Of a stretch of 5,095 nt of DNA, positions 1-5,095 are shown piece by piece; within the stretch, counting starts at the first letter, position 1, and every line of letters starts with the position of its first letter. The DNA is from Geosiphon pyriformis uo1. Taxonomy: Eukaryota > Fungi > Glomeromycota. Both the position numbers and the translations under genes were made by a program. The notes beneath the pieces are model-generated. The model worked only from the letters and a program-made list of their open reading frames with translations. It did no database searches and had not been told where the DNA came from. The stretch covers positions 113,108-118,202 of the forward strand of contig JAAOMT010000312.1 of assembly GCA_016748015.1 (NCBI GenBank), in the 5' to 3' direction.

Positions 1-447
1 GAGGACTTTCGTATGTCAGTGTAAACCAGCATACTAGCTGATGGTGCATCATTACAAGCAGACGCAATATTTGCAGTAGCTCCTAAGTGGTCAGATCCAA
101 CACGTGATAGTGGTCTGTGGCAAATAGGACGACAAATATCCATACGGACGTTCAGTATGCCCATCAGGAGTCAAACGAGGACTTTCGTATGTCAGTGTAA
201 ACCAGCATACTAGCTGATGGTGCATCATTACAAGCAGACGCAACATTTGCAGTAGCTCCTAAGTGGTCAGATCCAACACGTGATAGTGGTCTGTGGCAAA
301 TAGGACGACAAATATCCATACGGACGTTCAGTATGCCCATCAGGAGCCAAACGAGGACTTTCGTATGTCAGTGTAAACCAGCATACTAGCTGATGGTGCA
401 TCATTACAAGCAGACGTAACATTTGCCATAGCTCTTAAGTGGTCGGA
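1..447. repeat. 176-bp head-to-tail tandem repeat, about 2.5 copies visible, probably continuing past the left edge
   Basis: GAGGACTTTCGTATGTCAGTG recurs at 1, 177 and 353. Copies 1 and 2 differ at two sites (T68/C244, T171/C347). Partial copy 3 differs at 417, 427-428, 435 and 445, and similarity ends at ~447. The period is not a multiple of 3. Confidence 0.97.
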
Positions 448-463
448 CGAGAAATGCCGCCTT

Positions 464-682
464 CTAAAAAACCAGACTTTCCATAAATTTTTTTAGCGCT
501 CTTGTTGCTATTTTCAGACGACTCTTGTTTTTTTCAAACTGCAATATTGTGTTTATCTCGGTAACATATTGATTGTAAGATCTTCTCTTCCGTAGGGTTT
601 TAGTTGATACTTGATGCTCTTTCAGGTACGTGAGGTACGTGAGTAGTGATGGTTTTTCAACTTTCGTCCAATACTCTGCCAT
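464..682 (-). CDS. Small hypothetical basic protein or exon (72 aa from ATG 682; the track starts at GTG 712)
   Basis: Open frame MAEYWTKVEKPSLLTYLTYLKEHQ...KKFMESLVF in CpG-retaining DNA, with plausible helical composition and a frame-preserving 9-bp duplication (624-641, LTY-LTY). No family recognised. Confidence 0.35.
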   Translation of the reverse strand: MAEYWTKVEKPSLLTYLTYLKEHQVSTKTLRKRRSYNQYVTEINTILQFEKNKSRLKIATRALKKFMESLVF

Positions 683-999
683 TTGAGTGAACAAGGTGAA
701 GTAAGCTGACACTTTAAGCAGAAATAAACCTCCGCTCTGGATTACCTGCTTCTACTAAGGTGTTCCGAAAGCTCTTTTTCAACTTCATTTTGTTTGTAAC
801 AAAAGAATGCGTTTGATTTGTTTATTTCAGTTTAGTTAATCTTAAATATATCCAAAAATTTGGTCCAAAATTAATGACGTAAGGATAAGATTTTCAGCAG
901 AATTTAGATAATCTGTAAAAAAATAAGCAAAGAAAAATTACCCAAGTATTTTTGATTGACAACAACGAAAGATCCAGTTAGAAAAACATTAATTTTCAA

Positions 1000-2339
1000 T
1001 ATATATTTGTTTAAAAAATATGAATAAAAAAATTTATTATTTTTAACTTGTCCAATTTAAAATAATTTAATATTAAAATTAATAACAATAATAAAATTTG
1101 ATAAAAAGCTTTTGAATTAATAATAAGTTAATAAAAGTCTTTTTTTTATTAATCTTTTAACCATAAAAAGAGCAAAAAAAAGTTTTTTTTTGGTTTTTTT
1201 TTGCTATTTTTTTTAATATATTTTTGTTCATTAAGCTGAATATAATAAATATTTTTGTTATTAATATAATAAAAAAAATTTGCTAAAGTGTAAAAAAATA
1301 TTTCTAAGTATGTTTTTAATAAAATAAACAAAAAAACTAGAAAACTTAATATTAAAATATTAAATATTGAATTTTTCTATTGGTATATTAAACATAAATA
1401 TAACAAAAATCTTAAATATGTGTTTTGAAAAAATAAAGTTAACAGTTTTTATAATAGTATTAATAAAGAATCAAATATTAAAAACATAAAAAAATATTAT
1501 ATTAAAAAATTAATTATGTTAATAAACAATAAATAATATAATTTTTTAAAACACTTAAATTAGTTTTTTTGTTAAAAAGCCTATTAAATAATCTAATTTT
1601 GGTATTTTAAATAATAATAATATTTTTAATATCTTTTTTTATGTTTAAAAAAATAAAAGATTTTATTTTAGTTTTTATAAAAAAAAATTATGTTTAATTT
1701 CTAAAGTTTTATGTATTAAATATTAATTTATTAACAATAAAAAAAAATTTGTTATTAAATAGATAAATTTGTAAAGTTTTTATTTTTTTAAAATTTAAAA
1801 AAATTATTTAATCTATATTTATATTTAAAATTAAGTTTAAGTAAAACAAAAAAATTTGTTAATAAATATAAATATTATAATAAATACTAATTTAAAATAC
1901 ATAAATACATATATAAATTGTAAATTAAATTAAAATCTATTGGTTTATAACAAAAAATTTTGCTAATTATAATAATATTATTAAGAAATCTATATTATTT
2001 TTTGTTAATAAATATAATTATTTATGATTTTTTTAGTTTTTTAATATTATATAATAAAAAAATTTGTATAATTAATTAAATTTTGTTTTATAATATTAAA
2101 ATATATAATTTAAACTAAAAAATTATGCAAATTTATATTTAACATGATTTTTGTTTATGTTTTTTATCAATTTTAATAAGTATAAAATTATTGTTTATTA
2201 ATTTAAAATACAGTTTATTAATTTTATAAAACAAATAAATAAGTTAATAAAAAAATTAAATACTTTTAACTAATAGTTTTCTAATTTTATTTTAAATATA
2301 AATTATTAATAAATTTTTTTAATAAAATTAATTAAATAA
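1000..2339 (+). mobile_element. Extremely AT-rich tract: left part of an old hypermutated LINE ORF1-like relic (left boundary approximate)
   Basis: 1933-1953 AAA TCT ATT GGT TTA TAA CAA (KSIGL*Q) parallels 3258-3278 AAA TCT GCT GGT ATT TGG TAA (KSAGIW*). In the same frame, 2002-2079 LLINIIIYDFFSFLILYNKKICIIN* reverts by T>C/A>G to LPVGTTAHDL..FL.SYGGKTCVIDR, paralleling FPFGYTVFKISDMIS*VGGQTCFI at 3435-3506. The reconstruction is inference. Confidence 0.6.
2330..2339 (+). repeat. Candidate left target-site duplication AATTAAATAA
   Basis: Identical 10-mer at 4448-4457. Both copies sit at compositional junctions, but the motif is low complexity. Confidence 0.45.
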
Positions 2340-3164
2340 ATATTTTTTGTTTTCTTAATTTTATGACCATGACCAAAGCAAAAAGTAAAAAAGCTGCAAT
2401 TGATATTTTTTCTGAGATATCTAATAAAATTTCAACCAAAAGAGCTCTTTCTGTAATAAAAACAACTAAACAAAACGTTTTAGAAGTTTTTTCTTTACCT
2501 AATAATCATAAAAAGCTGTCTTTGATAACTATTAAAGCAATTTCTTTATCTTTAACTGGTTTTTTATCAGTCAAAGTTTCTTCAAAGAGATATATTTAAG
2601 TTAGTCTCAGTATTGCCTTTATTTTTACTAAGAGCTCAAAAGTGTTTAATAAATAATCAGTTAACAAGCTGGTATTCTTTTTTATAGCTTCAATATTTGG
2701 TATTGCTAGTATCTTTTTTTCAAAAAAAATGATCAAAAAAACCAAAAGTTCAGAAAAATAAGAGCAGTTACTTGTTTCTATTATTGTTACATCGAATCTT
2801 TTTGTGGTTCCAATTGATATTTTAGGTGAAATTTTTACTGTATTATCCAGTACATCTTTCAAGATAGACCAAAATCAATTACTAATTGTGTTGCCTAATA
2901 TGATGTCTTCTGGCAAATTTTCACCAGTTCTGGAAGCAAAACAACCATCTTCTATTGGGTTACTTTGTTCTTGAAAACTGGACTAATCAGATAGAAACTG
3001 ATTTATCTTCTTTTTTGGTTTCTGGTGCTGTCACTAATAGTGCTTGAGAAATTATTACTAGTTATCAAAGATTTACTGGGTAAGTGGTCTCCTCTTTGGT
3101 ACTTAGTACTATTTTTAAAATTGTCAAGTTTTTAGTGATTTCTGAGTTTGACTCTTCTTTTGCT

Positions 3165-3626
3165 GCTATTACATTGTGTGATGTGTCTTTGGGTATATCT
3201 GCTGCTAACATTAAGATGACTCTTGATGTCTTTGGTGAAATTTATTATATTTAGTCAAAATCTGCTGGTATTTGGTAATATGTTGTTGTTTACTTTAAAA
3301 ATTTGAATGCTGTTATATCTGCTCTCAATTACTGGTCAGTTTTAGTAAGCAAGGATAGTATTAGAATTTTTTTTTTGGTAAATCAAAATGAAACTATTCT
3401 GTCTTATAATAGATTTAAGGCCAAGTTGGTCAATTTTCCCTTTGGCTATACAGTTTTTAAAATTAGTGATATGATTTCTTAAGTTGGTGGTCAGACATGT
3501 TTTATTTTCTATTCTCCTGAGTTTAGTTATTGTTTTTGGTTTGCTTTGGTTACATTTGATTCTCAGATTGATTTGAATGCTACAATACTAAAAACTAATA
3601 CACTAAAAAAATACCATATCTAATAG
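3165..3626 (+). other. Two tandem RRM-like domain relics (about 3165-3368 and 3411-3626)
   Basis: AITLCDVSLGISAANIKMTLDVFGEI...YVVVYFKNLNAVISAL and KAKLVNFPFGYTVFKISDMIS*VGG...FALVTFDSQIDLNAT follow the RRM pattern: hydrophobic strand, NLP-like loop, helix ending in FG, then a V-x-F RNP1-like strand and a helix. Recognised by eye. Confidence 0.6.
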
Positions 3627-3647
3627 AAAACCTCTGGTTGTTAACAT

Positions 3648-3689
3648 TGTTTTCAGTATTAAGAGATAGGCCACTTGGCTGTGGATTGC
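3648..3689 (+). other. Degenerate CX2CX4HX4C zinc knuckle
   Basis: TGT TTT CAG TAT TAA GAG ATA GGC CAC TTG GCT GTG GAT TGC = CFQY*EIGHLAVDC. Reversing TAT>TGT and TAA>CAA gives the canonical CFQCQEIGHLAVDC, including the conserved GH. Confidence 0.9.
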
Positions 3690-4447
3690 AAAATTGCTCT
3701 ACCTCTCTCTTCTAAAGCTCTCAAGATGTTTAAATCACATTTTGTTAGTTCTTTGTCTTATGCAAAAGCATTTGTTCCCCCTGTTCTTTCTGAATTTTTT
3801 CTTTTGGTGGCTTCTGCTTTTTCTGTGGCTGTTGAAAATTTTTTGGTATTTTCTTAATTGACATCTCTGAAATCTGATTTGGCCAAGCTTTTTGTTTTGG
3901 TTGAATCTATTGTTAAGTCTGTTGGCTTTATGATCAAAGTTTTTGAACAATTTATTAATTGTGATCTGGTTTTAAGTTTTGCTTTTGGTCTTAGAATTAA
4001 TAAAGTTTTGGTTTACATGAGTACTTTTAACAGAGTTGTTAGTAAGTTAGAGTGGAAAGTGATTGTTTTGAAAGCTGAGTATGGGTTTGAAAATGTTGAT
4101 ATGTCTGGCTTTTATGTAAGTTTGTTATCTTTTAATAATAATATGTTTTCTAATTTGATATCTCTTTGGAAACATGAATCTGCTGCTGTAAAAGCTGATG
4201 CTTTTAAAACAGCTGAGTGGTTGATTGGTTTGGTTAATAATAGTGTTATATTATTTAAGATTATTCAAAAGATGTCTTCTTTGGGTAAGTTTTCTTCTGG
4301 TGTATTAACATAGTATAGTCTGAACTGGCTTAAATAGCTGGTTATATGTAGTAAATATGTAAACCATATTTAGCCTTGGATTATTTAGTTTGGTTCTAAT
4401 TTCTAGATAATGGTTGGGCCATATTCATTAAATTCATAATAAAAAAA

Positions 4448-4457
4448 AATTAAATAA
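4448..4457 (+). repeat. Candidate right target-site duplication AATTAAATAA, directly after the A-tail
   Basis: Overlaps the end of the A9 run (4441-4449) and matches 2330-2339. Confidence 0.45.
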
Positions 4458-4680
4458 TATAGTAATAAATAAAAATTTAAATATATTTATTAATAAAAAC
4501 TGTTAATAATAAGAAATTATTTGATATAAAAAAAATTAAATTAAATATTAAAAATTTAATTATAATAAAAAATTACTTAATTTAAAAAAAATAAAATTAG
4601 ATATTAAAAGTTTAAATATAAATTTAATATTAAAAATAAACAATTTATTTTATTTTTAAATTTTATAACTTATTATTTTA

Positions 4681-4815
4681 ATAATTAACTTAATTAGAAA
4701 AGTGATTATGTGTAATATATATAGTATAAACAATTTTATTAAGCAAAAAAATATAGTAAAATAATATAAAATTATAAATAGTTTTATTATTATTATTATT
4801 AAAATTAAGATAAAA
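4681..4815 (+). pseudogene. Hypermutated N-terminus of a LINE ORF2 APE-type endonuclease
   Basis: Reads IINLIRKVIMCNIYSINNFIKQKNIVK*YKIINSFIIIIIKIKIK. Reversing only C>T/G>A gives MTGLVRKVATCNVRGMNNPAKQEDIVKWHK......IVTETK. This matches APE motif I (T-x-N-V-R-G) and motif II (hydrophobic run then E-T-K/H) at the usual ~29-residue N-to-E spacing. Confidence 0.7.
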
Positions 4816-4819
4816 AGTT

Positions 4820-5095
4820 AAATTAAAAAAAAGTCAATAAAAATTCTGGCTTTAGATTTAATTAGTAAGTGTTTTGCTTAGTAATAAAAAATGTCTTTGG
4901 AAAATATTAAACATTTAAAAGATAAGACAGATTTAAAATTTGGAGAAGTTAACCAAATGATTAAACAGTTTAATAAAATAAATACTAATAAAAAGATGTT
5001 AATAGTTTTTTTTGTTAATAATAGTGCTAAATATAAAACTGACAGTAAAAATAAGAGTTATTTTAACTTAAACATAAATACTTTTAAAACTAAAA
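4820..5095 (+). pseudogene. Possible 5' fragment of a further ORF1-like relic, running off the right edge
   Basis: GC is slightly higher than the flank, and the frame is open from ATG 4891 to the window end (MSLENIKHLKDKTDLKFGE...NINTFKTK). It reverts to a Ser/acidic linker (NIKHSGDE...NTPKAK) that I recall from ORF1 N-termini of such elements; unverified. Confidence 0.35.

Larger units (their letters stand above)
2363..4313 (+). pseudogene. Disrupted LINE ORF1/gag-like nucleic-acid-binding protein (RRM-like x2, CCHC knuckle, putative coiled coil)
   Basis: Track ORFs 2363-2599, 3675-3857 and 3858-4313 join into one reading path. The first frame runs from ATG 2363 through stops at 2597, 2654 and 2759. 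After a +1 shift at ~2963-2967, one frame continues through stops at 3045, 3081, 3252, 3276, 3480, 3621, 3624, 3642, 3660 and 3855. The original end is uncertain (4313 to 4439). Confidence 0.85.
2340..4447 (+). mobile_element. ~2.1-kb non-LTR-type insert carrying only an ORF1-like pseudogene and ending in an A-tail
   Basis: Abrupt GC rise at ~2360 and fall at ~4435. The ORF1 relic fills the block. TAAT followed by A9 lies at 4437-4449, and AATTAAATAA occurs at both junctions (2330-2339, 4448-4457). No endonuclease or RT motif seen inside. Confidence 0.65.

Noticed and set aside
1-447. CRISPR array or protein-coding repeat
   Set aside because: There are no unique spacers and no cas genes. The 176-bp period shifts frame each unit, so reading hits stops.
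1-447. Canonical hammerhead or twister ribozyme
   Set aside because: No CTGANGA on either strand (closest is CTGATGG). Twister-like words (TAAACCAGC, TTACAAGC, GTAG) occur, but the required P1 and P2 helices cannot form in the right order.
874-882. ATGACGTAA CRE/ATF-like site ~190 bp upstream of the small ORF
   Set aside because: A single short motif with no supporting evidence; it could easily be chance.
1171-1205. Inverted repeat AGCAAAAAAAA/TTTTTTTTGCT resembling a terminator
   Set aside because: Mostly A/T homopolymer pairing, and the context is not prokaryotic.
1149-1331. 60-aa minus-strand ORF
   Set aside because: F/Y/K/N/I composition simply reflects homopolymeric AT-rich DNA, and it has no ATG start.
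1000-2339. Organellar control region or replication origin
   Set aside because: No organellar genes or tRNAs nearby, and residual ORF1 motifs explain the tract better.
2596-2862. 88-aa minus-strand ORF
   Set aside because: Antisense shadow of the + strand ORF1 relic, with no motifs.
3735-3950. 71-aa K/R/N-rich minus-strand ORF
   Set aside because: Antisense shadow of the T-rich ORF1 relic.
2363-4313. Intact gene under a stop-reassigned code (TAA/TAG = Gln) or three separate small genes
   Set aside because: There is also a TGA stop, a frameshift and a lost zinc-ligand Cys, and several stops fit Trp better than Gln. The domains run across the ORF boundaries.
2340-4447. LTR retrotransposon gag
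   Set aside because: No LTRs, primer-binding site or protease motif. RRM-like folds before the knuckle and an A-tail fit non-LTR ORF1.

Overview
Eukaryote-like DNA (probably fungal; inferred, not shown) in two sharply different compartments. Bases 1 to ~970 retain CpG and hold a 176-bp tandem array (2.5 copies, cut by the left edge) and a small minus-strand ORF. From ~970 to 5095 the sequence is very AT-rich and almost CpG-free, and reads as stacked, decayed non-LTR retroelement sequence on the + strand. The three + strand ORFs in the track are fragments of one ~650-codon LINE ORF1-like pseudogene (two RRM-like folds, a degenerate CCHC zinc knuckle, a putative coiled coil; 13 internal stops, one frameshift). 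This ORF1 ends in a short A-tail with no ORF2 and is flanked by a candidate 10-bp target-site duplication. It appears nested in an older, far more C>T/G>A-eroded LINE whose ORF1 motifs and ORF2 APE-endonuclease start can be recovered by reversing transitions. No intact gene of known function, RNA gene or CRISPR array is supported.
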